Shown here: positions 1-15,736 of the stretch, in pieces
Position numbering within the stretch: the first letter of the stretch is position 1
Layout: every line of letters begins with the position of its first letter
NCBI GenBank assembly: GCA_964016885.1
Contig: OZ024742.1
Span: 191,952,001 to 192,016,000 of the forward strand
Source: Eledone cirrhosa
Lineage: Eukaryota
Length of the DNA: 64,000 nucleotides
Direction: 5' to 3'
Translations under genes and position numbers: made by a program
Notes under the pieces: generated by a model
Database searches by the model: none
What the model was told of the DNA's origin: nothing
What the model saw: the letters and a program-made list of their open reading frames with translations, nothing else

Positions 1-223
1 TTAGAATACATAAAACAAACAGCAACAAGAACAAAGTCAGTCCTCCAAATATTCAAGACGATGAACTTCTAGATTTATCGATTGACACACGATTTTTATG
101 GTTCCAATTAAAATATTGAGAACCGACATATGAAGTAGCTTATTAGAAAGCTGCACCTTTGTACAGACAGACAGACAGACATACACACACACACACCCAC
201 AAACATATATATATATATAAATG

Positions 224-258
<35 letters not shown>

Positions 259-587
259 ATAAGCATCAATATGTCCACGTGTGTGTAGTCACATAGTTAT
301 ATATGAGAATGTGCGTATGAGTGTGTGAGTGTTTGTGTGTGTGTGGGTGGGGGGGGGGGTATATGTGTGCACGTTTGCGTGTGTGCGTGCGTGTTTGTTT
401 CCTCACATGTGTAGTTATACAACGTAATCTTGTACACAATCTATATGAAATGTATGTTCTGCAAACTGTATCTCATATGGAACGCTAAGTGAAACTCGTA
501 CTGCAACTAACTGTCATGTAATGTTTTAAAATACAACGCACACCCATATATATATATATATATACACACATGTATATATATATATAT

Positions 588-904
588 AATCAAGGTTTAG
601 CAAATAAGAAAAAGTTTCAAAATAAATTTTAAAAAATTCGCTGTACTCACTATGGTTAGCTTTACCGAATCGGTTTCGAGTCTCAAAAATAAATGGACAG
701 TCCTTGCGGCCTTCCATTGCAAAGATAAACTCTCGTCAGAAGGATCTTTTCACTCGGAGAATATAAAATTCCCGAGTTCAAATTACGAACTGGCGCTATT
801 CAAAATTGTTCCCGAGATGAAAATAAATGATATGGAAGCAATTCCGTCCAGTGCCGTGTGTAAAGATAGAAGCGAAGGCAGGGAGGTCAGTCTACTACCA
901 CTAT
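588..904 (-). mobile_element. Family A hammerhead-bearing repeat
   Basis: Near-identical copies at 1071-1249 (partial) and 20495-20809, each abutting TA repeats; minus-strand hammerhead at about 659-744. Confidence 0.85.
659..744 (-). ncRNA. Type I hammerhead ribozyme motif (family A)
   Basis: Minus strand CTT-CTGACGA-GAGTTT...AGACTC-GAAA-CCGATTCGG-TA-AAG. The copy at about 20563-20648 has a perfect ACCTT/AAGGT stem I but GAAA>GTAA. Confidence 0.75.
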
Positions 905-1394
905 AACTAGCAGCAGTCAGAACTACCAAATTTTTTTCTCGACCAAGAGGAGAATAATAATAAAATATATATCCCTACACGCAAAAAGCGTCTAGGGACA
1001 CATATATTGTCCAACCATATGCCAATGTAGTTCAATGGCAGGTTAATAAATTAATGAGCCAGAACATATATAATCAAGGTTTAGCAAATAAGAAAAAGTT
1101 TCAAAATAAATTTAAAAAAATTCGCTGTACTCACTGTGGTTACCGAATCGGTTTCGAGTCTCAAAAATAAATGGACAGTCCTTGCGGCCTACCATTGCAA
1201 ATATAAACTCTCGTCAGAAGGATCTTTTCACTCGGAGAATATAAAATTCATACGATATTAACAAATGGAAACTATATTTATAAAATCATAGTTTCCATTT
1301 GTTAATATCGTAATTTTACTCCAATAATTTGTTGAGTGCTTTATATCAGTTATAAAAATATTTGCTTGTATCCCAACAATTTAAATAGAACTTC

Positions 1395-1448
<54 letters not shown>

Positions 1449-1885
1449 TATATGTATTCCTATCACAACTCCGACCAGCAAGAAACGTACACTAGACAAA
1501 TACAATGAGCACAATATACAATTACCCAATTATATAAAATTAAAACCAACGCAACATACTGGTACTAATAGGACGAACTTCAGCAGACTACAATCACCAT
1601 CACACATGTATCATTGACTTGTCTCTCATTTTCTCTCTTTACGTTGCATTACTACTTTTCTTTATTTACTGTCCCTCTTTCTCCACCCTATTCGCTCTGT
1701 CCCAATAACTTATTTTAGTTATTGCTCGCACCGATTTTGAGGTATCTGGTCTTTAATGCGAAGAAATATCGATGATAGTCAGGAGATCACTGATGATGGA
1801 CAGTCCCGTTTCTCGCTCTATTTTTCAATCATATGTATCACACTCTCAACACGCAGCACGCCATTTTTTCATTCATATATTTTTC

Positions 1886-1974
1886 TAAGGCGGGTAAAAT
1901 TCCCCAGATCCATGGACGAGTTCTCTCCAGCGGTCTCTGTCCCTCATTATCGCTTCCATGTCCTGCGTCTCCAA
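1886..1974 (-). mobile_element. RTE-like LINE 3' end fragment
   Basis: LETQDMEAIMRDRDRWRELVH matches the DRxxWR C-terminal signature of RTE-clade ORFs. Confidence 0.6.
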
Positions 1975-2129
1975 TATATATATATATATATGTATGTATG
2001 TATGTGTGTGTGTAAATGTATATGTATATATATATATATGAATGCGTCCATATTTTTTATACTTTCTTTTATGCATTATACATTAGAAACTACTACTACT
2101 AATACTACTACTAATACTACAACTACTGC

Positions 2130-2217
<88 letters not shown>

Positions 2218-2367
2218 TCTTCTTCTGGTGCCGCTGCTGCGAAACGTTACTTACGATGTCTCGAACCTTTCCCAGCTACAGTCGCAAAAATGTAAGTGAC
2301 TCGAAAATGTTATCTTTACATAGACATTAAAATGTCCATTGCTTATATATATATACATTGGATACAG

Positions 2368-2700
2368 AATGGTGTAGTGGTTAAGATATTCACTTAGCTA
2401 TCATCAGGTTCTGTTTTCGATGCCCTTGCTTGCCATGCTAAACAAAAATTGTCTTTTACCATAGTCTTGGATTGATTAATGCCTTTTGAGTGAACTTGGC
2501 TAAACGGAAACTATTTTGGAGGCCGTTGAATGGACTTAATCAGTAATATAATGAACCTGTTTTGTTACAGACTGTAGCACTATGAATGTCTCTGAGATTC
2601 AGATTAAGGGTACTCAGCCCCTTACGCGTTAATTTCCTGAGCAGGCTGTTATGTTGATCAATCAACTGGAATGGTCATCATCGAAATCGACAGGGGTCCA
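2368..2700 (+). mobile_element. Degenerate tRNA-derived SINE pieces
   Basis: A-box TGGTGTAGTGG and a decayed B-box; the 2580-2700 part resembles 16555-16690(-). Confidence 0.55.
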
Positions 2701-2827
2701 TTCCATGTTACACTGATATGCCTATATATAAATAATGATCTAATATATTTTCGTGAATTTCTGTAACCCAGTAATTATTTTTCATCCTTTTTTTCCTGTG
2801 TGAAGGATATTATATTGACTTGAAATG

Positions 2828-2974
2828 TTACATAGAAAATATTCGTCTATCCGTAGAGTCATCTATTGTAATTGTCAACATCAAAGCAGGACGTAATATT
2901 TCTTTTATCTCACATAGCTTTCGCTTCCTTATTGCACTTGGCATCAGATGACTAAGAATATGCAATTCACTTTT
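2828..2974 (-). CDS. Candidate terminal exon, phase-compatible with 4815-4926
   Basis: Acceptor GTATTGTATTTAG, then 48 open codons KSELHILSHLMPSAIRKRKLCEIKEIL...FSM-stop. Could be chance. Confidence 0.2.
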   Translation of the reverse strand, partial: KSELHILSHLMPSAIRKRKLCEIKEILRPALMLTITIDDSTDRRIFSM

Positions 2975-3615
2975 CTAAATACAATACTAATTCTAATACA
3001 ATTATATTAAGCCTTTCATTACCATATCTCTAATGAGAGACTGCCAATAATTTTTAGTTAATTTTGAAAATAACCAAACAACGTTTTGGAGAGGGGATTT
3101 CGTCATAGAATTAACATTTACATTATTAAATTGGTGTTTGGAACGTAAATAAGAAAGGTTCTTATATAAAATTATGATAGATGGTTTGTTGATAGGTAAA
3201 ACACTCTAAGACACATATTTTTATGATCAATCCAGGGTTAGTTTCAGGTAATATTGGTACGAAAATGCATAAAATAAGATTCATCGTTAAATTCACTAAG
3301 ATAGTAAATAAGTTAATGAGTAAAAAGAGAAGTAAGGTAAATGTTAATCATCACGAAGAGCAAAGGTCAAAAGAAATGTCCAATATTAGTGAAAGTCTTA
3401 CAGCTACATACATCGTAAAATTGCAACAAGAAAGTTGAATGAATATATGTGTGTGGGCGCCTGTAGGTTTATATTAGAATATATCTTCAAAATTCCGTAG
3501 TATTATAAACATTCCAACAATGAATGTGCACGCACACACATACACACACACACACACAGACACATACAGACACTCACACATACACACGCACATGCACACG
3601 CACTCTCACATACAC

Positions 3616-3673
<58 letters not shown>

Positions 3674-4224
3674 TTAAAAACACGTGCGATATATACCGGA
3701 AACAGAAACTTCGGAAGGGTAAAGTACACAGACAATTTCCGCCTATTGGTTGTCTTCTGGTGATCATTAGAGTTTCAGATGATTCCAAAGACTGGACTAT
3801 TCAACTCCAGTACATCAATAGGTTCTAAAGAAAGATATTTATTCGGAATGAAATCTTAATGGACGTTGGGTAAAAAAAATGAAATAACTACATACTGATA
3901 TGGGACAAGAAAATTGTTACAAACGAATGTAATACACAAATGTGGGTAAGTAACGGTAATAAGAATAAATAAATTAATAAAAGTATGTTCGAGCAATCAC
4001 ATTGGAACTAATATTAATAGGCATGAGATGTGTTGAAGTTGACTGAGCAGGTCACTAGTCAAATCAGAAAAGAATGTAATATAGGTTTGAACGGAATTTG
4101 GTTGATAGGGCAGTATTGAGAACCGAGAGAGAGAGGGAGGAAATTAAAGATTGATGGATATAGGAGTAGAAATAGAGATTGATGGATAGACGAGGGAGAG
4201 AGAAAGAAGTGAGGGATAGTGAAG

Positions 4225-4327
<103 letters not shown>

Positions 4328-4814
4328 CAGTAGTAGTAAACAACAGTTCTGATTTCAAGATTTGACTGTGTAGGTTAAAATGATAATATTTAAAACACGC
4401 ATAAAACATATTCAGGAAACAGAAAACTCGGAAGGTAGAGGTACATGGACAATACCCGCTCATCGGCTGTCTTCTTTGGAACATTATGATTTCGGATACT
4501 TCCTAAGACAGAACCTTTCACAACAGGTGCATCAATAGTATCAACAAGAAGATATCCATTTTCTTTTCATCCCGAATAGGTATCTTCTTTTATATATTAT
4601 TGAATCACTGGTGGGGAATAGAAGTGTCAATGGAAGCAACCGAAATTAAAACAATCCCCAGAAGACAGCTGACGAGCGAAAATTGCAGTTGAATAAAAAT
4701 AATATGAATAGAAATTCCTTATGCAGTTTCAATTCATTGGTATGCCATGGGCGAGTTATTCGTGTTGTTTCCTGAAAACCTTTCTGACATATGAATTACT
4801 TCAAACACACTCAC

Positions 4815-4926
4815 AATGTCATCACAAATTGGGTAACCAACATCTAACCATTTGTTGAAGATAGTCCTAATCTTAGTGCCTCTGGAACATTCAAGAAGGC
4901 AAGAAATATGTAAGGTTCGAACACAC
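4815..4926 (-). CDS. Candidate internal exon of an unidentified minus-strand gene
   Basis: Acceptor TTTTGTTTTCATGTAG, consensus donor GTGAGT, 112 nt, open frame CVRTLHISCLLECSRGTKIRTIFNKWLDVGYPICDDI. No family recognised. Confidence 0.35.
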
Positions 4927-5615
4927 CTACATGAAAACAAAATTAATAATAAATTTGGATACACGAAAATACGCACAGATTAGCACATACACCATCACAT
5001 CACTCATAAGACATTCACATCGCATATACACCCATTACATACATATGCATACTAATACACGCCTGTACACACACGATTTTGTATTCAAATATATATGTAA
5101 TTACACACACGCGTGTATATACGTTCAGACACACAAACACAAATATGTTATCTTGTTGACGAAAAAAGAACCACATATTCATAAATTTATTATCGTTTTT
5201 TTCTTACCTCTTCGACCTTTTTCACTTTTATTCTATTTCTTTTTGCCCTTCGCTCTATTTTCTTCCAAAATATCTTTTATACACTTTTATACAGTCAGTA
5301 ATGTCCTCAAACATTGATATCTATATGTAAACACTCAACACAGATTGAAAGCTATACACGCACAACCCCGCATGCAAAATGATGCACCACACATTCACTC
5401 ACATACACACGTACTACTAACAACCACATACGCATATATACACATATATAAACCCATATAGATACATACATAAACACATATATAAACACATATATATAAA
5501 CACATATACATAAACACATATATACATACATAAACATATATATATAATATATAAACGGTTATAAAAACATTGATAAACACATGTATAAATATATATATAA
5601 ACATATATATACGAG

Positions 5616-5656
<41 letters not shown>

Positions 5657-5785
5657 ATATAGAAACACAGAACTACACTACTAACATGCATGCATCATAT
5701 ACACGTGCATATATAATTGGGTAAGTGGCCCTCGTTAATCTACACTATGAAAAAACTTATTTCCCATTCGATTAATTTTCATTGA

Positions 5786-5823
<38 letters not shown>

Positions 5824-6017
5824 GGATATATATATATCATTTTTGACTTTTTCTAATATTTCTTACTCTGGGAATACCAAAGTAGGATAATTCGAATTAA
5901 ACTTTCTCAGGTTGTTTTCAAATTAGCTTCCCAAATATTTCAGAAAAAAATAAAAAATAAAACCTTACATTTTTAATGCTCCTGGCGCTTCCCACGTTCT
6001 TTAACTTATTAGTGATT

Positions 6018-6052
<35 letters not shown>

Positions 6053-6398
6053 AATGAGGATGATAATAATAATAATAGATCAAATTTTTTATGTCAAAAT
6101 TCTTCCTATAATTGTTTATGATAACTGATGACATCCCCAATTATTATTGTTTCATTATTTTACCTCCATCTATTTATATACACATTAATACATAGCTGTA
6201 TTATATATTAAGGATGGTTTTCCGATGAGAAATAGGAAATAATCACAGTTGAATAATGTAATAAATACGTCACTCAAGTATAAGTTATTCATTTTATATA
6301 TAAATGACTTCATCATAACTAGAAATATTTCATTCATATTAAATGTTCACAGTTTTAATCTTGTAGATGTAATTCTGTATCTCACTCTCCTTATCACC

Positions 6399-6482
<84 letters not shown>

Positions 6483-8620
6483 ACATACACACACACACAC
6501 ACTACGTCTGTCTACTGCCTGCAGATGGTGGATAGTTACAACCATAAACGGGAGCAAGAGCAAGGTACATATTTGTGAGCAGCTAAAAAATAATTGTTTC
6601 TACTTTAGGCACAATGCCAGCATTTACCCAGTGCATTACTGGTACTTTATTTTATCGACCCCGTAAGGATGAAAGGCAAAGTCAACCTCGACGGGATTTG
6701 AACTCAGATCGTAAAATGCTAAAAAATAATAAAATCGTTTACGAACTTGTGACGTTGTTATATTTACAACTTTTACATTTTAACGATATGAATGTAATAA
6801 TTTTGTTTTTCTGTCAAGGTAAGGAGTGGAAGACCGTGTGCTGCTTGATCCTTATTAGGTTCTCCAAAACTGTAGAGACCGACGAAGGTTTCCTCAAACC
6901 GTAGAGATTGCCCAAATCCATACAACAGTGGACATATTTAAAGGAATTGAAATGCCACAATGGGAATTTGAACTCAATAAAGTGCAGGATCAACTACCAA
7001 ATTTCATTTCACGCGAACGAATGAAAGGTAAAACTGACCTCGATGAGATTAGAGTACATATTTGTACTTCATTTATCGATAACGAAATGGGAACATCGAC
7101 AGGAATAGATTGTCAAGTCTAGAAATCCGGAACGGATTGAGCAAAGCATTCTGATCAATGATTAACGACTAGTCAATTTGCCGCCTTACAGTGGAATATA
7201 ATGAAATACGATGTAATATGATATGAAATAGCTACAGATATTACCAGACACTTTCTTTTTATGATAAACTGTCGAACGTTATAGCGTAACATTTTATATT
7301 ACATCTGGAAATAAATGTTTTCAACAGAAATTCTATAATACTTTATTTCATATAAACACGCACAAAGGCATATACACTTCGCACTCCTCAGACACACACA
7401 CGCACAGATATATGTTTCCCCTAAACCCCGCTACCTCTTTACTATATGAATTCAAAAGTAGTGTGTGTGGGGGGGGGGGGGGGCGTATAGCACAAAGACA
7501 ATGGAAAAATAAAGGAAAGACTGAATATATATATAATTGGATATATGAGAGAGATGAACACAGATATAAGTATACATGTGTTTCAATTAAAAATGACCAA
7601 GTTAGCTAGGTTAAAAAATATTAATTTAAAACAATATGGTTTGCCTGACTCGATTTAACGTAATAAATCAATAAAAAATAACAAACCTATATCGGGCAAA
7701 TAGCCGGATACCCGGACAGATGTAAATCTGTTTCACAATGATTATTAAGTGAAAGCTAGAATTCCTGTGCTCTTCTGCGGGTATCCATGAACATTCGTAC
7801 CTTTCACTTCAAATGATCAGGTATAAACGCACATGATACAGCGCCTAACGCGTCTCATACTCATGCCGCTAAAAATAGCTATTTAATTATAAAAGACTAT
7901 TTTGAGTTTCTGGTTCATCTGAATCATTGAGCGCTTGCCACACATCTCGGAAGTTGTTTTTCACTAATTCCAAAGCCGAAATACGATTCTCGCTAATTTA
8001 TATTTGTATTTATCTCCAGAGTCTAGCTATTGACCAGTTAATTTTCTTGATTTTTTTAGTTGATTCTATTGACTGATGAATAGCTTTTGTTAACTTATAA
8101 CCATTCTGTTGAGAGCTTAATTCGTTTTGTGATATTTTGCATTTTTGCAATAATATACACATAATGAATTTCATCCGCCAAAAATAAGGGTTGCCTCCCT
8201 TGTCGAGCCCCACGTGGGTATCGGTAACGGTCATTCTTTGCCTGGCACTTGAACTAAAATCTGTTGAGAAAGTGACTTACTTGTTCAATCATCTTACCAG
8301 AAGCCTAACATTACTTGTCTAAGCGGACAGTACTTGATTTAGGAGTCGCAGAAACCCAAATGCTGGAGTTTACTAACTATCCAGGGGTCCGGGTCAATTT
8401 TTTCAATCACATTTTTTTTATTTCTTTGACCCGAATTACTTGGTCGTTTCTATGGTTGTGCGGATGACGGTTTAACCATCGTCTCAGTGTGTTTGGCTTT
8501 TATCGTATGTTGTAGCTCTGGTTCGTCAGAATTATTGAGCGCTTGCCACACATCTCGGAAGTTGTTTTTCGCTAATTCCAAAGCCGAAATACGATTCTCG
8601 CGAATTTATATATATATATA

Positions 8621-8834
8621 TAGGAACAAGTATGACCTCAACGGCAGAGCTCAAGCCGTTTCGACGGCTATTTCTGGACTAAAATATTTTTTTTAGTCCG
8701 GAAATAGCCGTCGAAACGGCTTGAGCTCTGCTGTCGGGGTCATACTTGTTCCTATTACCCACTCTACTACCCTAAGTATTGAGTACTTTGATGCGTTATG
8801 GTCCATCTGGTTCCTTACAACAATTCCTTCGTTA
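8621..8834 (+). mobile_element. Family C fold-back mini-element (PLE pLTR-derived), type copy
   Basis: Inverted arm plus long arm ending CCTTCGTTA, in (TA)n. Other copies: about 12350-12490, 24745-24928, 48263-48415, 49739-49890, 49922-50110, 50979-51012, 51625-52070, 55444-55523, 59886-59940, 63276-63395, 63428-63612, 63638-63841. Confidence 0.9.
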
Positions 8835-8958
8835 TATATATATATATATATCCACAAACCCTCCATCTCAATTCTACTTTTGAAAAGCACAAGAACTGCG
8901 AAACCGGTAAAAGAACCAAATAACTCCAGTTGCATTTTCGATTTCATCATTTGATCCT

Positions 8959-9000
<42 letters not shown>

Positions 9001-9182
9001 TACACAGTTCAAGAGTAACCAATCTTAAAGAGAGAGATTGAGATAGTAGAGGAGATATGAGAGGAAAGATTGGTGAGTTAGTTAGAAGCCAAAGCGTAAA
9101 GGCATGTGCTCAATGTGCAATATGCAGTAGAAAGCAGCTAGGTGGGTGGGTTCGTGCAGAGGTTAGGTGTGCAGAGCTGGAA

Positions 9183-9692
9183 ATATTCATTAGTTAAGCA
9201 AAACAAGACCACAAATTTCACAAGGAAGACATTATTAAAAGATTGTCAACATATTTAGTTTGATGTAGGGAATGTAGAGAATAATAATAATAATAATATT
9301 AATAATAATAATGCACACAATGCAGCCTCGACAGATGAGTACTGCTTGATTATGGCTGACAGCTGATGAAACAAAGGTACTATAGTAAAACTAATATATG
9401 GAACATTATATTATGTAACATTATTTTAATTTATATTCCTCTGAGTTCCAATGAGCCACTCTGTTTTTTTAAATATGTTAATTATTTTCAACTGAACCAG
9501 ATCAATTATGATACATAGTCATCTGATCCAGAAATATTATACAGAGTAGCGAAACAATTGTAAACGGGCATTATTATTATTAACATTATTATTATTATTA
9601 TTCTCTACATTTCTTACATCAAACTAAATATGTTGACAATCTTTTAATAATGTCTTCCTTGTGAAATGTGTGGTCTTATTTTGCTTAACTAA

Positions 9693-9699
<7 letters not shown>
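9183..9699. repeat. About 125-bp inverted repeat pair
   Basis: 9183-9312 is the reverse complement of about 9575-9699. Confidence 0.9.
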
Positions 9700-9752
<53 letters not shown>

Positions 9753-9756
<4 letters not shown>

Positions 9757-10165
9757 TATTAGGATTGGTGCTCTGAAATAGCGATGTATGTATAGTATAT
9801 GTGGCAATATACCGTATGTTTAATTAAAAACATTTAGAAGACCATTCGCTATCAGTTTTAAAGTAGTCAATATGTCACTTACTTCTTTTCGGCGAAAGAA
9901 GGGAGAGAAGCTGACAGTATGTTTCACGCTGGTTGGCGTTCAGCAGAGTGCCAAATATACTATACATACATTCATGGATACACCGCTATTTCAGAGTACC
10001 AATCCTAATACCTAATTTTTGCTGGACCGGCAATCGCTCTGTATAATCAGCTCCTGATTATTACTGGAATAATATAACAATCCAGCTGCTATAACATTCG
10101 GCGGAAGCAGAGGTTTTCGTGGCTCTGATGAATGCCAACCAGAGTGAAACAGACTGGCAAGGGTC
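9753..10165. mobile_element. Family B hammerhead-bearing rearranged repeat
   Basis: Copies at 20944-21193 and 24995-25655; internal inversions; hammerhead cores on both strands. Confidence 0.85.
9910..9948 (-). ncRNA. Hammerhead motif (family B)
   Basis: Consensus from 9910(-), 10122(+), 20965(+) and 25120(-): GCT-CTGATGA-ACGC caacca GCGT-GAAA-CAGACTG-TC-AGC. Confidence 0.75.
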
Positions 10166-10569
10166 TCATGTGCCTACAATATTCAAACATTTAATCATTC
10201 ACCCACGAGATAGACGTTGATCGATCAAATAATTCTCAAGAACGAAACAGACGGAGGATCCAACATCATTTTAATATGATGACTCTAAACTAGTCTTGAT
10301 AATTCTTGTTCAACCGTACGTATGTTCTTATATATTCATTTATTATCATAGTCTATCATGAGATAAATGCAACATGGTATTCATAAAAATAGTTTAGTGA
10401 TAGATACAATGAACAGATCCCATTAAAATTATTTTACGATACATTTTCTAACGTTATAGACCAATAATTTATAGCAATACTGTTATGGAATGTGTTATAC
10501 AGAATTTCCATAACAATTAACTGCAGATAGACATATGTGTATATATTCATACATACACACGCACATGCG

Positions 10570-10601
<32 letters not shown>

Positions 10602-11351
10602 AGAAAAACATTAAGAAAGATGCTGATGTTACATAAATCGTTTATTCATAATTATTTCAACGGTTCTCTTATGCAATACCATATATATATATACATATAT
10701 ATATATGATGGTTGCAACTCCATTTCGAGTAATGCCATCTCTTGATACTGAAAAGTGAACATCATGGACATGGCTTTATAGTCCTGCTAGGGACTTGCCT
10801 ATAACCAGCAATGCCATGCAGCCCAAAAAATGTCGTAGCATATCAAGCGGTGCCAGTGCTTGAAGATTTTGTAAGCGAGGAAAGGCCTTGCATGGGGCGA
10901 ATACCACCTTCTGAGAACCGAATGCGTTTGACCATAAAGTAGAACTGGTGTACATCATTGGAAGCAAACGAAGTCATAGGTTTTATATCAGAGTGAGCTT
11001 CTAGAGAGATGACTTAATGAGGAATAATGTTCTCTCGCTAACCCCCCCCCCCCCCACACACACACACACACAAATATATATTGGTGGAGTTGCCGGGTTA
11101 GTCACCAACGATCCGACCATGCAAAGGTTGTACTGGTTTCATCATGTTACCAGTGGCACTGAAGAGCATCCTGCCATAATATATATATATATATATATTT
11201 TCATTCTGATGACTGAAAACAGATTTGTTTGCTTTCAAGAAATCACTGGTAAATGAAATAATTATCTTATGTTGTTTATTACATAACTAATAAGCTCTGT
11301 AACCAACATAGAGCACTCTTTTTTCCTGTACCTTTCCGACGGAATTACTTC

Positions 11352-12282
<931 letters not shown>

Positions 12283-12499
12283 ATTTGTTTCTACTTTAGG
12301 CACAAGGCCAGCAATTACCCAGTTCACTACATATATATATATATATTATTGAATACTGGTGGCTTAGTTCGGATCTAGGTGTTGAAACGGCCAGATCTCA
12401 ACCGTCGGGGGTTCTGACTCTTGTCATATTACCTACTCTACTAACCTAAGTATTGAGAACCCCGGTTCATTACATAACACCATCTTTATTATATATATA

Positions 12500-12578
<79 letters not shown>

Positions 12579-13404
12579 TGGTTGTCATGTAACAGGCTCC
12601 AGATTTCTGTTTGTGGCTAGTCCTATTCTGAAACAAATTGAAGCAATAACGGCATAGATTTATTTAATTCTATAATCAACACAGATCTTGTCTCATATAC
12701 CTAAATAACCTTCGTTTACTTTTTCAAGTTTTCACATTATCTACATAGTTAGTATTATATATCCACATTTACAGATGTAAGCTGTTCATCTACATATCTG
12801 CATTGTTTCCCTCTGGAGGGAGAATGTGCGAGACTTTTTGTCTATAGCAATTTCTTTCCAAAATGAGAATGTGTGTAAATGCCGAAACGGAACAAAAACG
12901 TAATGGAATGAAATATAGCCAAAAATAAAGAAAAATATATATTGGATAAAAAATTATAATAAATAATAAAAAAAAAATAAGGAAAATATTAAAAGAAATA
13001 TTCAATAATATTTGTAAAACATCAGAGACTGGTGTTCAGAAGGCAACATTTGGAATATTGATAAATACGATCAGGCTATTAAAGAAAAAAAGAGATACAT
13101 TTTTTTTTAAATCTTCCAAAACTTAGACTTAAACATTAGTTAGATCATTTATATATATCTGATGAACAAGAATTGGCATTCCTCTTCACAATTAATTTTG
13201 CGAAACAACATTACCAAAATTGTCTGGGTGATTGGTAGTTATCACAATTCCAGTTTGTATTTATTTTCTTGATTTATTTTTAAATTGAGTCTGGCAAACC
13301 CTATTGTCTATAGTTAGTATTCTTTTCACCTTAGCGAATCTGGTCCCTTACGATTTGAACACATATATGTATATATCTGTGTTCGGTTTTCTTTAATATT
13401 CAAT

Positions 13405-13442
<38 letters not shown>

Positions 13443-13636
13443 GTATATATGTATATATATATATGTATATTGGTTGACGGCTACCCCAATTTCGCTTAAC
13501 AAAGACCAGGTGCGAAATCGCGCTCCAGTCAAATAAATAAAATATAACAGAAAAATACGACACAGCCATATGCATAAAGTCACAGCACCTGTAGATGTTC
13601 GTTGTTATTTTCATAGCTATATATCTCCAATGCGCC

Positions 13637-13704
<68 letters not shown>

Positions 13705-14261
13705 CGTTTGTTTGTAAGTGTGCGTCCGTTTGTCTATGTATTCAATCCTATACATTTAAAATGTTCGACATATCCGAACGTTGTTTTCAAACCGTTTCGG
13801 GGAAGATCAAATTTGATCGAGGAAATTTATGATAAATTGTTAGAATCCTATCTTTGTTTCTTTCTTTTGCAATAAAGAATATTTAGGATTTTTTTTCTTT
13901 TGTTTCCTTTTCTATGAAACTGTATTCATCATTATAATAATGTGACTGAAGTGCCAGGAAATATTGAGCGGCTACTTAGAAGTCTTACTCATTCTCACCT
14001 CATTACATTTCCACGCCAAATTAGTTGAGTTCTGATCAATTTCTTAAAAGTATTCCAGTCTTGATCTTGTCCTTTTGGTTTTAGTTTCTTTTGTTTTTGT
14101 TAGGGCATAAATTATCAAGATCTGTATTATGTAATGTGCCCTTATATTCGTTTTAAAACAGAATAGGGTAATTTTGATTAGATATGTTTTCTATCTCTAG
14201 CATTCGGGCAACGGCGTAGATGATTCCTGTTATCTGGTTTCATACAAAAGTTAATGTTTAA

Positions 14262-14506
14262 AATTTTGTGAACCACGATCTACCACCAAATATATTCCAG
14301 CTATGATCAAAATTTTGTGAACCACGACCTACCACCAAATATATTCCAGCTATGATCATCCCACCTTTTTTCTTTCTCTTATTAATTTTGTGAACCACGA
14401 TCTACCACCAAATATATTCCAGCTATGATCAACATTTTGTGAACCACGACCTACCACCAAATATATTCCAGCTATGATCATCCCACCTTTTTTCTTTCTC
14501 TTATTA
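14262..14506 (+). repeat. Higher-order tandem duplication
   Basis: About 50-bp unit AATTTTGTGAACCACGA(T/C)CTACCACCAAATATATTCCAGCTATGATCA four times, arranged as (unit-unit-spacer) x2. Confidence 0.95.
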
Positions 14507-15095
14507 AGCATAGTGTATCTGAAACATAGTGTATCTTCTTTACCATTTTAAGATAGTAAATTATGATTTATCGCTGATTTAGCCGCACATTCTAAAATAT
14601 TGAGCGTTCCTGTAGAGGACTACTGGTTGACACGTGTTTGTTTCCACATAAAAGTTATATAATGCCATATCAGCTTTGATTAAGCAGAACTACGATCAAA
14701 TGTATTCTAGTCACTGCCATACCGATTAAAATATGCAATGTATATAGCATTGGATTTGGAGGAAATTTCGCTGCTATTTCTTACAAGATATGCGGTCACA
14801 TAAATGTCTATAATTTAGTACGCAACAGTTAGAAGCTGTTATCGTTTAACCGATCACCAGGCATGATCACGTAGGCCCAGGCTCAAAAACATTACAGTCG
14901 TAACTATCATAATTTTGTATTTTTAGGACATAGTATATCTTGGAATACATGAAATTTTCTTTTATCATTTTTAAAAACAGGAAGATCAATATAAGGGAAT
15001 AATTGACTGCTGTTTCTTGTAGATAGTACGGTTACGCACAGAGTAGTTATTCGAAGCTTCCACGCAAAAATGTGTTTTCTAAATAATAACCCCAT

Positions 15096-15181
<86 letters not shown>

Positions 15182-15383
15182 CACACACACCATCTACCAC
15201 ACTCGCATGCACACCCTTAAAAACCAGCATGAATATACGTACAGGTATTCATATACACACAATCAAATATAACCACACACGCGCACTCTCAGATGCCATT
15301 TCTTGCACACACGCGCACATGCACATTTTTTCTTCTCTTCCCCAATTCTCTTCATTTTTCACTTTTCCATTTATCTCTCTGCT

Positions 15384-15463
<80 letters not shown>

Positions 15464-15736
15464 CGGTATATGGTTGAAGGCTGATAGAAGAGACTACTCA
15501 ATACCGAAGTAGAGTTTGAATTTTGATTTTATTAAGCCTAGTCGTGTTATTCTGAAGTTTCTCCTGTGGCGAATCTCCGGGTTAACAAGAATCACTATAT
15601 AACCCATATATCTATCTATCTATATATATATATATAAATATAAAGATTTACATATACTTAAAGTCATAAATATATATGTGGCAACCGGTCACGTTGTGGC
15701 TCAATGAAGAATTAATAAATTAAATAATCAGAGCAA

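Noticed and set aside
1756-2295. 179-aa ORF with poly-Thr/Ala
   Set aside because: Runs through TA, ACT and GCT microsatellites and an antisense LINE fragment.
14262-14506. CRISPR-like repeat array
   Set aside because: No unique spacers, no cas genes, eukaryotic context.
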